Below are positions 36,000 through 45,639 of a stretch of 64,000 nt of DNA, piece by piece (position 1 is the stretch's first letter; each line of letters starts with the position of its first letter). The notes under the pieces were generated by a model. That model had not been told where the DNA came from. It did no database searches and saw nothing but the letters and a program-made list of their open reading frames with translations. The translations under genes and the position numbers were made by a program. The stretch lies in the sequence record NC_048077.1; one strand, 5' to 3'.

Positions 36000-36584
36000 A
36001 TGAATCTGAATCCGGAAGAAAGTCGTCTGTATAGTGAAGCTGTTATTTTAGCGTGCCGCGCACATCACGGACAGTTTCGCAAATATACAGGCGAACCGTA
36101 TGTGCTGCATCCAATCGAAGTAGCAGAAATTCTTCGCCGCCATGACAGGGGCATTAAAGTTATTTGCGGCGGTGTGTTGCATGATGTTGTTGAAGACACC
36201 GAAATCACAAGCGCTGTTATTCAAACAATGTTCGGTGAAGAAATCGCAAACATTGTTGAAGGCGTTACCAATGTTTCGGAAGATAAAAGTCTTCCTCGTC
36301 ATGTTCGCTTCTGGCGTAACGTCAAACATCTTGCGCACGCGAGCGAGCAAAGTCAGGATGTTAAATGCGCCGACATTATCAGCAACTGCCGCAACTTTCG
36401 TTTAGGTAATGAGAGTTTCACCGCGCAGTATATGGCAGAGAAAAGTATTGTTATCGAACATCTTTACGAAGCCGATTCCTGTCTGATTATGGAAGCAAAG
36501 GATGCAATTGAAAAGAATCTGTTTGGCATTCAGACAGAATTTCAATCGTGTGTTTCTAAACTCTGGAAAAATAAAACGGAGTAG
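36000..36584 (+). CDS. HD-domain (p)ppGpp hydrolase-like protein (small alarmone hydrolase, Mesh1/SpoT type)
   Basis: AHHGQFRK..GEPYVLHP.EV, LHDVVEDT, FG..IA..VEGVT, VK.AD.ISN. Confidence 0.88.
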   Translation: MNLNPEESRLYSEAVILACRAHHGQFRKYTGEPYVLHPIEVAEILRRHDRGIKVICGGVLHDVVEDTEITSAVIQTMFGEEIANIVEGVTNVSEDKSLPRHVRFWRNVKHLAHASEQSQDVKCADIISNCRNFRLGNESFTAQYMAEKSIVIEHLYEADSCLIMEAKDAIEKNLFGIQTEFQSCVSKLWKNKTE

Positions 36585-36587
36585 CGT

Positions 36588-36983
36588 ATGTTTCAGCGCT
36601 TCGGTATCGATCAGCACACAACGCTGCAAAGAATGAAAAAGCGTGCAAGGCGTAACGCTCTCTTTGTTCTGTCTCAAGGCAAAAAGGAATGCGCTCTTTC
36701 TGCTTACATCTATTCCCACGAAATCGAAGCGAATGTATTTGCGCTCGCTTTTGAGGAAATCAAGCCTCAAACACTCAACGCAATTCTGCTGGTTGAAGCA
36801 GAAGTCCTTAATTTTGTGCGTAAGAACAATAAAGTGTTCGAAATCGTGGATGGCGTTGAAATTCAAATGGGAAAATTCAATCCTAAAGTTTCGCGCTTCT
36901 TGGGATGTAAAGACTTACCGCCAAATAACGTGGTATCTCTGGAGAAAACTAATGGAAGGAAAATTGAAGCAGATATTGGATGA
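36588..36983 (+). CDS. hypothetical protein
   Basis: GGAG RBS. Confidence 0.65.
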   Translation: MFQRFGIDQHTTLQRMKKRARRNALFVLSQGKKECALSAYIYSHEIEANVFALAFEEIKPQTLNAILLVEAEVLNFVRKNNKVFEIVDGVEIQMGKFNPKVSRFLGCKDLPPNNVVSLEKTNGRKIEADIG

Positions 36984-37182
36984 GGTTCGAAAGACTCACA
37001 ATGTAGTTGAGGTTGATTGCTTTACCGAAGTGCGTGTTCCTCCTGCCTGCAAAATCTTTTTCATGTGCGGCGGCATTGGACAAAAACATTTCTATGGGAA
37101 GGCGTTTCGAAAACAGATCGCCAAATATAAAAATCTCGTCGTACATGTGAATGGCGACAACTGTTCATATATAGCGTACTGA
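36952..37182 (+). CDS. hypothetical protein
   Basis: GGAG RBS before ATG 36952. Confidence 0.55.
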   Translation: MEGKLKQILDEVRKTHNVVEVDCFTEVRVPPACKIFFMCGGIGQKHFYGKAFRKQIAKYKNLVVHVNGDNCSYIAY

Positions 37183-37190
37183 GGTTTATC

Positions 37191-37652
37191 ATGGAAGCAA
37201 GACTCGTTTATAATAAGGTTCGTTCTGGATCTGAGTATGACGGTGCAAATCTCGTTGTTCGCGCATACATGCAGCAAAGTTCGTTTGGCAATCAAGCGTT
37301 GCTTTATGCTGATGTTATCTACACCGAAAATTGTCGCCGGGTAGTAAAACAATTCTCTAATACCAATCCCACGCGGCTTGCGGAAGAGGTTGCAGATTTT
37401 GCAAATGACCGTATGCTGGCAAGCGACGTTGTTTATTGCAGTAATGATTTACCCGACCACACACGCAGTCAGGCAGACATTGCTAATCGTTTTAAAACAG
37501 CATTCTGCGCAGAGATCGAAGCAATTACGGATGAAGCCCGACGCATTCGCGAAGCACGCGAGAAAGATAATGAGCGTCAGGATAAAATCTATGCTCCGTA
37601 TCGTGACCGTAAAATTGAAGAGGCGAAGCAGAAAATCTTCGGAAACAAATGA
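37191..37652 (+). CDS. hypothetical protein
   Basis: GAGG RBS. Confidence 0.7.
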   Translation: MEARLVYNKVRSGSEYDGANLVVRAYMQQSSFGNQALLYADVIYTENCRRVVKQFSNTNPTRLAEEVADFANDRMLASDVVYCSNDLPDHTRSQADIANRFKTAFCAEIEAITDEARRIREAREKDNERQDKIYAPYRDRKIEEAKQKIFGNK

Positions 37653-37852
37653 CAGACAAAATTGTTGTTATAGGTTTAGCCGGAATCCCTGTAGGGAAAA
37701 AACTTCTCGATAGCTTATCGACAAGTGTTGCAGTTATCCCTGTAGAATCGCCGCCTCCTTATTTCGATAACCGCCGAAACATTCTCGATCCTAAGCGGAA
37801 CTTTAAATCTGTAAACAAAGTACCACAAAGGATAAAACGGGGTAGACGATGA
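37649..37852 (+). CDS. small basic protein
   Basis: ATGA overlaps at both ends. Confidence 0.6.
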   Translation: MTDKIVVIGLAGIPVGKKLLDSLSTSVAVIPVESPPPYFDNRRNILDPKRNFKSVNKVPQRIKRGRR

Positions 37853-38448
37853 TCGGACTTTCACTAGAACAGCGCGTCAAGGATGGCGTGCTTTCTCAAG
37901 AAGAATACTATGTTGCTGGCGTAATGTTGGGATTAGGATTTTTACGCTACGACGAAAATAAAAAGTTTCGTGTGCTGGATATGCTGACCGATCCTATTAC
38001 GGATGAAGAGAAAGCAATGCAGCAACGCTATCACGAAAAGGCTTTCGGTGCTGATTGGAAACCTACCGATATCTTTTGGATTGAGGAAGAGAATTCTCCA
38101 TTAGGTGCGCAGCAAGTTCGTCATTTGATTTATGTCGTCCAGTGCGAAATCGCTAAAAAGAATTGGATTGAAGAACCGATTGCGAATAATGAAATTTTTC
38201 AGCGTGTGGTAAAAATTGAAATCGAGTTCTATTCGATTGAATCTGCACGCGAGGAAATTCGAAAGCTGGCGAAACAAATGGAACAAGGCTACGCGGAATC
38301 TGCGCTTTCTTACTTCCATGAGCCGGAAGCATTCCGACCGACCAAAGGCAATTTTGCTTCGATGGATCGCAAACGCATCTACAGGCAAAACCACAATCCG
38401 AAACATACGCGCATGGCCCAGTATAAAAACTATCGGAGAAAAATGTGA
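37849..38448 (+). CDS. hypothetical protein with a basic tail
   Basis: Tiles the operon. Confidence 0.7.
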   Translation: MIGLSLEQRVKDGVLSQEEYYVAGVMLGLGFLRYDENKKFRVLDMLTDPITDEEKAMQQRYHEKAFGADWKPTDIFWIEEENSPLGAQQVRHLIYVVQCEIAKKNWIEEPIANNEIFQRVVKIEIEFYSIESAREEIRKLAKQMEQGYAESALSYFHEPEAFRPTKGNFASMDRKRIYRQNHNPKHTRMAQYKNYRRKM

Positions 38449-38810
38449 GTATCAAACGTTTCATCCAACGGCATTTTGCTACATGGTTTTGCGTTGACTA
38501 CATGATCGTGTTGTCGCCTAATAATGTACAGGCTGAAATAACACGCCACGTCCGAATCGGGCGTAAGATTTTCAGTTTCTCCGATAAGAACATTATCGGT
38601 CGAATTACGTGCCCACAAGAAACTGTAAATTGGATGAGTAAGGGTTCGTTTATCTCCGGCAACTCAATGAAGGCGAAAGCGCTGACCAAAGAGTATCGCG
38701 AATTCTCCCGCTCTGCGCATAAGAGTTTCAAATCTTATCGCAGTGCAAAGTTAGCCTCAATGTTGCTGGACACACTCAAAATTTCAAAACCAATTATGGA
38801 GTCAAAATGA
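38445..38810 (+). CDS. hypothetical protein
   Basis: GTGA overlap; GGAG RBS. Confidence 0.65.
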   Translation: MSIKRFIQRHFATWFCVDYMIVLSPNNVQAEITRHVRIGRKIFSFSDKNIIGRITCPQETVNWMSKGSFISGNSMKAKALTKEYREFSRSAHKSFKSYRSAKLASMLLDTLKISKPIMESK

Positions 38811-39514
38811 GTCTGGCAAGTAAAATCGGCAGCGATGAAATGGAAGTTGAACATAAAAATAATGTTACTCGTCTCGCAAAGGAAATGGCGAACGGGCGTA
38901 TGATGATGCCGCGCTCCAAAATCGACTACAAAGATCTCATTAAGGTTGAGCTTGATTCGTCGAAAAATATTATTACTGAGCATCTGCTTACAGCGCGTGC
39001 CTCCATTCCGCTCGGTAATGGTTTGATGTATGTCTCTTCGCATAACTGTTCGGCTAAAATGCTGGAAGGTTTTTGCACTTATGGCGAAGGGGTAGCGCAC
39101 GTAATTGAAGAGGCCGTAGATTCTGCGGAAGTTTTGATTAACAACGCTATCGGCGAGGCGCGGGAAATCTTGCGCTCAACGCTTTACGTTCCTCCGCTGT
39201 TCCTGCTGGCGACTGATAAGAAATCTGTAAAGAGTCTGTATAGTTGGCTGACAGAGAACACGGAGATTGATGAAGGAATCGTTGCCGGGATTATTTCGAT
39301 TACTGAAATGAATCCGAACGGCACAAGTTACCTGCGTATTTCAAACGGCAAGGTTGAGTCGATGGATTCAACTGAATTCGCTTTATCGTTAAGCACTCAC
39401 TTTAACTTCACGGCAATTCTGAATTTTGTTTCTTCTTACGATACAAAAAACATTCCGTGCATGGATGAAGTGATCAAATATCATAAACACGTTTCAATTG
39501 CTAAAAGGTACTGA
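38807..39514 (+). CDS. hypothetical protein
   Basis: ATGA overlap; GGAG RBS. Confidence 0.7.
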   Translation: MSLASKIGSDEMEVEHKNNVTRLAKEMANGRMMMPRSKIDYKDLIKVELDSSKNIITEHLLTARASIPLGNGLMYVSSHNCSAKMLEGFCTYGEGVAHVIEEAVDSAEVLINNAIGEAREILRSTLYVPPLFLLATDKKSVKSLYSWLTENTEIDEGIVAGIISITEMNPNGTSYLRISNGKVESMDSTEFALSLSTHFNFTAILNFVSSYDTKNIPCMDEVIKYHKHVSIAKRY

Positions 39515-39515
39515 A

Positions 39516-40238
39516 ATGAAAGACAGTAAAAAATCCGTTCCGGCTCGCGGTACTGCTAAGACTGCTCCGACTGCTCCGACTGCTCCGATTCCGGCTACTG
39601 CTTCAATCGGTTCGCGCACAACTGCTCCGGCGCGTATCGCAACTAAGAACGAGAGTTCGCCGATTTGCGTTCTGTCCAATCTGACTGAATCGCTGATTAC
39701 TTCCTGCAACGTGTTTCACGAAGCGATGGCGAAAGTTGGTATGTATTCTCTCGGCGCGGAAGGCATTGCAGACCGCGTGGCCGATCTTCTTTCCGCACAA
39801 CAAAGCGAATCGCAGAGTTATCAGAAAGAAGATAACTCCGCTGCGGCAACTATCGTTTATGCGGGTCGCGTGTTGTGTTTGTCCTCAACGATCCTCGAAG
39901 CCATTATTGATGGCGTTGAAAATGATCGCAAAATTCGTGACAGCGAAGGCGATGCGGATGATCGTGAAGCGCTGGCAACCGATAATACGTTTGCAGGCCG
40001 CCGTCTGTCCAACGCGTACACTGAGGCGTGCTATGTAGCCAACAAAACTCGCGATCAACTGGACTGCATTTCGATTGCGATCTTCGGCAACGAAGTTGAA
40101 TTAGAGCGTGCTGCTTCTGCCTGCTCTGATAGCAAATCTGTAGGCATTGCATTCATGCTCGAAGCGATGGTTCGCCGCATGGACAATATTCTGAATGCTG
40201 TCAATACGCTGACGTATCGCGTAAACGAAAGCATGTAA
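39516..40238 (+). CDS. helical protein with a Thr-Ala-Pro-rich N-terminal arm
   Basis: AAGG RBS; codon usage typical of highly expressed genes. Confidence 0.75.
   Translation: MKDSKKSVPARGTAKTAPTAPTAPIPATASIGSRTTAPARIATKNESSPICVLSNLTESLITSCNVFHEAMAKVGMYSLGAEGIADRVADLLSAQQSESQSYQKEDNSAAATIVYAGRVLCLSSTILEAIIDGVENDRKIRDSEGDADDREALATDNTFAGRRLSNAYTEACYVANKTRDQLDCISIAIFGNEVELERAASACSDSKSVGIAFMLEAMVRRMDNILNAVNTLTYRVNESM
39552..39587 (+). repeat. in-frame 9-bp tandem repeat ACTGCTCCG x3 (preceded by ACTGCTAAG)
   Basis: Read directly from the sequence; encodes TAK-TAP-TAP-TAP. Confidence 0.9.
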
Positions 40239-40274
40239 TTCTTCTCTTCAACTTTTAAACAGGAAATATCTACA

Positions 40275-41066
40275 ATGTTAGAACGTGATAAAAATACCGG
40301 GCGTTTCCGCAAAAATTCTGTGACGAAAGATCGCGGTGTTGAAAAAGAAAAGCCGACCGCAAAACAGGATCTGACCGATGCCGAAGATCTGACTGACGCA
40401 AAAGATAGCTGTGAAGCGCGTCCTACCGAAAGTCTGCCGGAATCCATTTCCATGCAGTCTAACGCCATTAGTTTGCTGGCGCAGGATCTCGAATTGCGTT
40501 TCAGCAATCTCGGCCTGATCACTAAAACTCCGGTCTACGAACACTTCAACTGCGAAGATGATTGCGACGAAGACGAAGGGCAAGAAATTTCTGTAGACGA
40601 TAGCAACTATCGCGCTGCATTCTCGAATATTGCAAATCGTCTGTCTGCGTCTAATCGCACGTCCGGCACAAGCCACCGTGCGTTTAACGTTGTTCGCTTC
40701 CCGGCAATTAATAGTCTGCTTACGTTGAACTATGTTCTGGATAGCGCGATGCGTGCGTTCGATAACAACAATGGTGAAGCGATCTACAGTTACAGTGAGC
40801 GCACTGGTGACGGTTTCGTTGGTTTCAGTGAAAACGAAAACCTGTTCAATGAACTGGCTATGAATGCGCGTCGCCTCATGAACGAACTGAGTACATTGCT
40901 GCTCGGTCGTGAAACGGTTCACATCGAAGGCGAAGAGTCGATCAACTATGAGCGCGTGCAAGCGCAGAACCTTCTGGATCATCTGTCTGGCGTAAGTGGT
41001 GTTATGTCTACCATTCTGGCGCACGGCAAATCGTTCGAAAAACAGTTAAGCGAACTGCTGGCGTAA
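40275..41066 (+). CDS. helical protein with a charged N-terminal arm
   Basis: AGGA RBS; followed by a terminator. Confidence 0.75.
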   Translation: MLERDKNTGRFRKNSVTKDRGVEKEKPTAKQDLTDAEDLTDAKDSCEARPTESLPESISMQSNAISLLAQDLELRFSNLGLITKTPVYEHFNCEDDCDEDEGQEISVDDSNYRAAFSNIANRLSASNRTSGTSHRAFNVVRFPAINSLLTLNYVLDSAMRAFDNNNGEAIYSYSERTGDGFVGFSENENLFNELAMNARRLMNELSTLLLGRETVHIEGEESINYERVQAQNLLDHLSGVSGVMSTILAHGKSFEKQLSELLA

Positions 41067-41070
41067 AGTA

Positions 41071-41100
41071 AAAAGGGGAGGCCAAACGGCCTCCCCTTTG
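41071..41100. terminator. bidirectional rho-independent terminator between convergent blocks
   Basis: AAAGGGGAGGCC-AAAC-GGCCTCCCCTTT with A-run 5' and T-run 3'. Confidence 0.9.
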
Positions 41101-41104
41101 TCGT

Positions 41105-41572
41105 TTATATCGCGAAACCAATTGCAATCAATGCAATCAATCTCGTAATTGTCAGTTGTAGATCCGCTGCTTTCTGATCCGCTATTCGCGCCTCACGTTC
41201 AGCGCTCAAATCTTTCGCAAGAGCGTTCGATCTCAATTCCTCAGACTTCGCCAAATCTAACAGCTTATTTCGTTCGTCGATAGTTTTATTCAGAACAACA
41301 ACCAAAGAGTTTACCTCTTCTGTCCTGTTCTTAGCGCCGGAATATAGCTTGATCAAATCAGCCATTCCTTTGTTATCCAGTGTTGCCAGTTTTTTATCTT
41401 CGAACTTTTTAACTGTTATTTCCGGCTTAGGTGGAACCTCAACCTTCTCCCACGTTAGATTTTCTACGCGGGGAATTTGTTGGATGGATGTTTTTTCCTG
41501 CTCTGGAATCTTATTAAGATTGACTCCACACCCAACCAACAAAAAAGCAACGAGAAGGATTAACTTCTTCAT
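41105..41572 (-). CDS. outer-membrane lipoprotein, o-spanin-like, with a hydrophobic C-terminus
   Basis: Lipobox LVG|C with Gly at +2; coiled-coil body; C-terminal LTITRLIALIAIGFAI. Confidence 0.6.
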   Translation of the reverse strand: MKKLILLVAFLLVGCGVNLNKIPEQEKTSIQQIPRVENLTWEKVEVPPKPEITVKKFEDKKLATLDNKGMADLIKLYSGAKNRTEEVNSLVVVLNKTIDERNKLLDLAKSEELRSNALAKDLSAEREARIADQKAADLQLTITRLIALIAIGFAI

Positions 41573-41850
41573 AGCTTTTTATATTCCTCCGCTAGATCAT
41601 CCATATCTTTGTTCTGATCAGCTTGTGCGTCAGGCTTCCTTTCTTCATTCAGCTTCTTAACATCGGTCGCAACTTCTTCGGCATCTTGCTTTTGCTGCTC
41701 GATAGCCTTCTCACGAATTTTGTCTTCCGCTTTCTGGAGTTCCGAAATACCGTTGGAAGTTTTACTGCGATTGGGACGAACCAAAAAGATTCCTACCACA
41801 ATCGCAAGAAATCCAACGAACGCCAGCCAATATTTTTTCAGCTTTTGCAT
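41569..41850 (-). CDS. i-spanin-like protein
   Basis: N-terminal TM (YWLAFVGFLAIVVGIFLV) plus coiled-coil; 4-nt overlap with the lipoprotein gene. Confidence 0.55.
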   Translation of the reverse strand: MQKLKKYWLAFVGFLAIVVGIFLVRPNRSKTSNGISELQKAEDKIREKAIEQQKQDAEEVATDVKKLNEERKPDAQADQNKDMDDLAEEYKKL

Positions 41851-41857
41851 ACATCAC

Positions 41858-42187
41858 TCACTGATTGTCAGATTTTGCGTTTGAGTCGTTCGCGTTGTTA
41901 CGGTTCGATCCGTTGTTGATAAGGTTTTCAGCCATAAACGCAACAGAGAAGAACGTAATGTGATTAGTTTCGCCAGAACCGATCAGGTTGATGAAAAGGC
42001 CAATACTGACGAACACACTCGCTACAGTAGAGAACGGGTTATTCGTCCAGTATTGACGCCAATCTAAACCTTCACGTTTTGTCTTTTGAACATAATTGAC
42101 AAGAACGCCACCTACCCAAGTGCAAACATAGCCGAACAACTGAAACAGATCATAGTGTTTAATTGCTTCTTGCACATCAGGTAACAT
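41858..42187 (-). CDS. holin-like membrane protein
   Basis: 109 aa, 2-3 TM segments, polar tail; upstream of the spanin-like pair. Confidence 0.5.
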   Translation of the reverse strand: MLPDVQEAIKHYDLFQLFGYVCTWVGGVLVNYVQKTKREGLDWRQYWTNNPFSTVASVFVSIGLFINLIGSGETNHITFFSVAFMAENLINNGSNRNNANDSNAKSDNQ

Positions 42188-42197
42188 GCTTTACCTC

Positions 42198-42437
42198 TTA
42201 AAGTTTACTATCGTCGATTTTGCCTTCTTTGAACAATTGCAGTTTGCGAGCTTTCCATTTGGCACTTACGTCCGTGAAAAATTCGCTTAACTGATCATCA
42301 TCCAGTTGAGAAGGACTACTCACTTCGCGAGCCTCAAGTTCTGCACGAAACAGATTCTGATATTCTTCTTGCAGCAAAGAAAGATCAGCGCTCAGTGAAG
42401 TAAATTCTTTTGCAGCCAATGCCACTACAGTTTTCAT
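42198..42437 (-). CDS. small virion/prohead-type protein (hypothetical)
   Basis: EYQNLF...L....VSSPSQL...EFF..V...W resembles a motif I recall from small proteins of T4-like and jumbo phages (unverified). Confidence 0.55.
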   Translation of the reverse strand: MKTVVALAAKEFTSLSADLSLLQEEYQNLFRAELEAREVSSPSQLDDDQLSEFFTDVSAKWKARKLQLFKEGKIDDSKL

Positions 42438-42454
42438 AAGTGAATACCTTTGGT

Positions 42455-43087
42455 TTACCGGAGTCGTAACCGTAAATTAGCAATAATAGGACTTTTGCTA
42501 AGATCAACCGGAGTTGTTTGAGTGAGCGCCAGATTACCGCCCACCAGTTTAAGATCCGCTGTACTATCTTCGTCACCGACTGTCCCTAACGCAGCGATAT
42601 AGATTTGGTTTCCGTTATTCAAAACCGGAATCGTGTCACTGTTACATGCAAGATAACCGGAGCCGGAAGTTACCGCAAGCGCAAACCACGTAGGTTTTCC
42701 TGCACGATGGATTCGCGCTTGTCGTGTAGCAATAGGATCTGATTCATAACCATTAGGCGTAGGGGAAGTCATTCCCGTATCCCCCTGATAGTTGAGATTC
42801 AAATCTATTTCATTAACGTCAGAAGCGAGCGAAGAAATAATTCCATAACGCCACCCAACAAAACCCATATACTGCGATTGGTGCGGAGAAATAACATTAT
42901 AGAGATTCGCTTGTCGTGGCGCATTGGTCATGCCTGCGGCAAATCGTTGTCGAATAGTTGCGGTGTCCGGCATTGTGCCATCAAAAAACATTAATGCGGC
43001 AGGCAACGCATTCATTGAAGAACTACCGCTTTGCTTCTGCGCCCAACGATAAAAAAGAGCGCGGGGAGTTCCGGGAACAAAACGCAT
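42455..43087 (-). CDS. virion protein, paralog family A
   Basis: ALMFFDGTMP...AGKPTWF...GTVGDEDSTADLKL. Confidence 0.7.
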   Translation of the reverse strand: MRFVPGTPRALFYRWAQKQSGSSSMNALPAALMFFDGTMPDTATIRQRFAAGMTNAPRQANLYNVISPHQSQYMGFVGWRYGIISSLASDVNEIDLNLNYQGDTGMTSPTPNGYESDPIATRQARIHRAGKPTWFALAVTSGSGYLACNSDTIPVLNNGNQIYIAALGTVGDEDSTADLKLVGGNLALTQTTPVDLSKSPIIANLRLRLR

Positions 43088-43995
43088 TAGCTTGCCTCCA
43101 TTACGCTTGACGGTAAAGCAATTCGCGCAGAATGTATATTAGGAGAAATGCCGTCGCGTGCAACTGTGTCGGAAATAGTGATATCCGTTCCAACATCGAG
43201 AATCAATCCAATATAGTTATTTTTAACACCGTCAACCATATCGCTCGAATAAGACAGATCGCCAGTAGGACGAATCAAAACAATTTTATCAATTGTCTCA
43301 TTAACGAAAGCGTTATCCTTCGGCAATACTTCCCACAAATAAACAAAACCTTTCGCAGCGTTGCTCAGGCCGGTATAGCGAATATAACGCGCTTTGAAAT
43401 TAACGTAACCTGTACGCGCAGTGACTGGAACGTTAGTCCACGTAACCCCATCCAGACTGTAATCAATTTGAATTGCAGTGTAGTTGGTTGTGTTGTACGC
43501 CATCATTGTGAACTTGCGGAAATCAAATTCTGTTCCGTAGTCTGCAATCATCGCGCCCGGTGTTCCTCCAGTGTAACCACCAGTAGGATAAAATTCATAT
43601 TCGCGAGTGTTCTGCGGGAAGTATCCGGAATAGTTACGCAGCAATCCCAAAACGTTCGTTCCGTCATATGTTGCTTGCGTGTCTTGCGGATAAATTCGTA
43701 CAGGGAATGCTTGCACATAAAGCAGATCGTTTTGCGATCCATCCTGATAGAACTTCGCACCATATCCGGGATAGCGGGAATTGGAATTTCTGTGAGAGAG
43801 TGTGACTGTGCTATTAAAGTTTCCTGTAGCCACAAGAGAAACATCTAAGAAGCAACTTGCACGAACGTGTTTTAAATCTTCTCTGATATCGCCAGTGGGT
43901 TCCTTCCCACTGACCATAAACAGCGCTCCGCAAATATTGCTTTGCGCGAGAAAATCCATAATACGGTCGCGAACAGTTTTCAATTCGACGAGCAT
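43087..43995 (-). CDS. virion protein, family A, with a discoidin/F5-8-like insert
   Basis: ALFMVSGKEP; IQIDYSLDGVTWTNV...FKARYIRYT. Confidence 0.7.
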   Translation of the reverse strand: MLVELKTVRDRIMDFLAQSNICGALFMVSGKEPTGDIREDLKHVRASCFLDVSLVATGNFNSTVTLSHRNSNSRYPGYGAKFYQDGSQNDLLYVQAFPVRIYPQDTQATYDGTNVLGLLRNYSGYFPQNTREYEFYPTGGYTGGTPGAMIADYGTEFDFRKFTMMAYNTTNYTAIQIDYSLDGVTWTNVPVTARTGYVNFKARYIRYTGLSNAAKGFVYLWEVLPKDNAFVNETIDKIVLIRPTGDLSYSSDMVDGVKNNYIGLILDVGTDITISDTVARDGISPNIHSARIALPSSVMEAS

Positions 43996-44005
43996 ATTAT
44001 TTTCC

Positions 44006-44560
44006 TTAGTATTGGATATTAAGATCCGTCATGCGATAGCCTTGACCGAGGATGATATTGCTGCCGACGATTTTTAATTCAGCATCACTATCTTCGTTGC
44101 CGCACGTACCAATAATGATATCGTCAACACTGGTGCCACCAGTAAATGCGGCCCACGTACTTGCATCAGCAGTAGAGGTACTGGAACGCATTGCAATAAA
44201 GAACGTAGGAGTTCCGTTTGCAGCGCCGATCAGATCGGTTGTGACTGCGGTAAAGTTCACGTTGATTTTTCTGTTTCGCGAACCATCTGCATTTTTACCA
44301 ATAGTTACTGTAGGACGACGCCCGGTAGTAGTGGAATAATGCTGACAACCTAAGAACTGTGTTTGCGCTACGCCTAACGCAGCGAGAAACGCAGCAGGAG
44401 TAATCGTCATGTTCTGTGCAATCGTCGGAGGCAAAACCAGATCAGGCATTGTGCCACTAAACAGACCAACACGACACTGAACACTTGAAGACGTGGGAGT
44501 AAAAATTTCCATCAAAGCCGTGAGAGCTTTCGACGCAACCATATCCTTATTAGAAATCAT
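44006..44560 (-). CDS. virion protein, family A (minimal scaffold)
   Basis: VGLFSGTMP...ANGTPTFF...GTCGNEDSDAELKI. Confidence 0.7.
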   Translation of the reverse strand: MISNKDMVASKALTALMEIFTPTSSSVQCRVGLFSGTMPDLVLPPTIAQNMTITPAAFLAALGVAQTQFLGCQHYSTTTGRRPTVTIGKNADGSRNRKINVNFTAVTTDLIGAANGTPTFFIAMRSSTSTADASTWAAFTGGTSVDDIIIGTCGNEDSDAELKIVGSNIILGQGYRMTDLNIQY

Positions 44561-45639
44561 AATGCCCCCAATTCGGTAACAGGAAGAAGCGTAGTGAAGA
44601 ACGGAGGATATAAATTCGATCCTTGTTCAAAAGTTAAACCAGTTGGAATGAAAAGATCGTTTGAAGAAATTTGTTTAGGGTTATCTGTCACCGTATACGC
44701 AGACAACGCAACGTTTCGATCATCCATCAACGTTTTTTCAGAAGCCAGCATAATATTGCAACTGGCCTGAGAGCCAAATACGTTTAAATCGAATGTTGCC
44801 TGAGACATGTTGAATGGCATTAAAAGAACATGACCAATTTTTCCGAAAGTGCGTGGAGTACCATTCACGTATTTTCCGAAGAAGCGAAGGCCGCTAGGAT
44901 ACAGCCATTGCTGTACGCGAAGAATTCGAGTACGGAAATAACGAGCGGTCACTTTTCCATTTAAAATAGGAACCATTGTCGCATCGTTTGCAGTAGGTTG
45001 GACGTTCATTGTGGCAGTAACGTCTGTCCATACTCCGTTAATCTGTGCTTGAAGAACAGAGTTAAACATAGAGTTATTAACTTCTCCAGACTGACCTGAA
45101 ATTCGCATAACACCTGTGAGTTCAACATCAGCACCAAAATCATATTCCGCAACAATTGTTCTGGTGGGATCTGCCGGGTCAAGTTGTGCCCAAAAACCAC
45201 CCGTCGATGTTGCGAGAACATTTATGGAAGCAGCAGAACCAACAAAGCGAGGCATCTGATCCATAGCAAACATATTAATGATTTGCTGATTTGGAGTTGG
45301 GTACATGTTTGCGTTGGACGTGTCAGTGAGATCACGATAGCGATTGATTTTTGTTTTTGGTAAAACTTGTTTGCCATAAACAGTATCAACTTCTTGCCAT
45401 GCACTGTGTAGCGCCCAAAGCCGCGACTGTTCCGCACGGTTCAGAGGCTGCATGATCATTTTGCCGCCCGTGGAATACTGACCATTCATATAAGGAACAG
45501 CAACCAAACAATCGTTAATGATTTTTTGAATATCCGGTGCGTCAAGTTGCGCCTGCGTCGGAATAGCGCCTTCCATAAAGAAGGCCATATACAAAGAAGA
45601 CGCTACGACGCGTTTTTCTTGAAGATCTAAAAGTTTCAT
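44557..45639 (-). CDS. virion protein, family A, with a discoidin-like insert
   Basis: AFFMEGAIP; EYDFGADVELTGV...VLQAQINGVWTDV...VTARYFRTRI. Confidence 0.7.
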   Translation of the reverse strand: MKLLDLQEKRVVASSLYMAFFMEGAIPTQAQLDAPDIQKIINDCLVAVPYMNGQYSTGGKMIMQPLNRAEQSRLWALHSAWQEVDTVYGKQVLPKTKINRYRDLTDTSNANMYPTPNQQIINMFAMDQMPRFVGSAASINVLATSTGGFWAQLDPADPTRTIVAEYDFGADVELTGVMRISGQSGEVNNSMFNSVLQAQINGVWTDVTATMNVQPTANDATMVPILNGKVTARYFRTRILRVQQWLYPSGLRFFGKYVNGTPRTFGKIGHVLLMPFNMSQATFDLNVFGSQASCNIMLASEKTLMDDRNVALSAYTVTDNPKQISSNDLFIPTGLTFEQGSNLYPPFFTTLLPVTELGAL

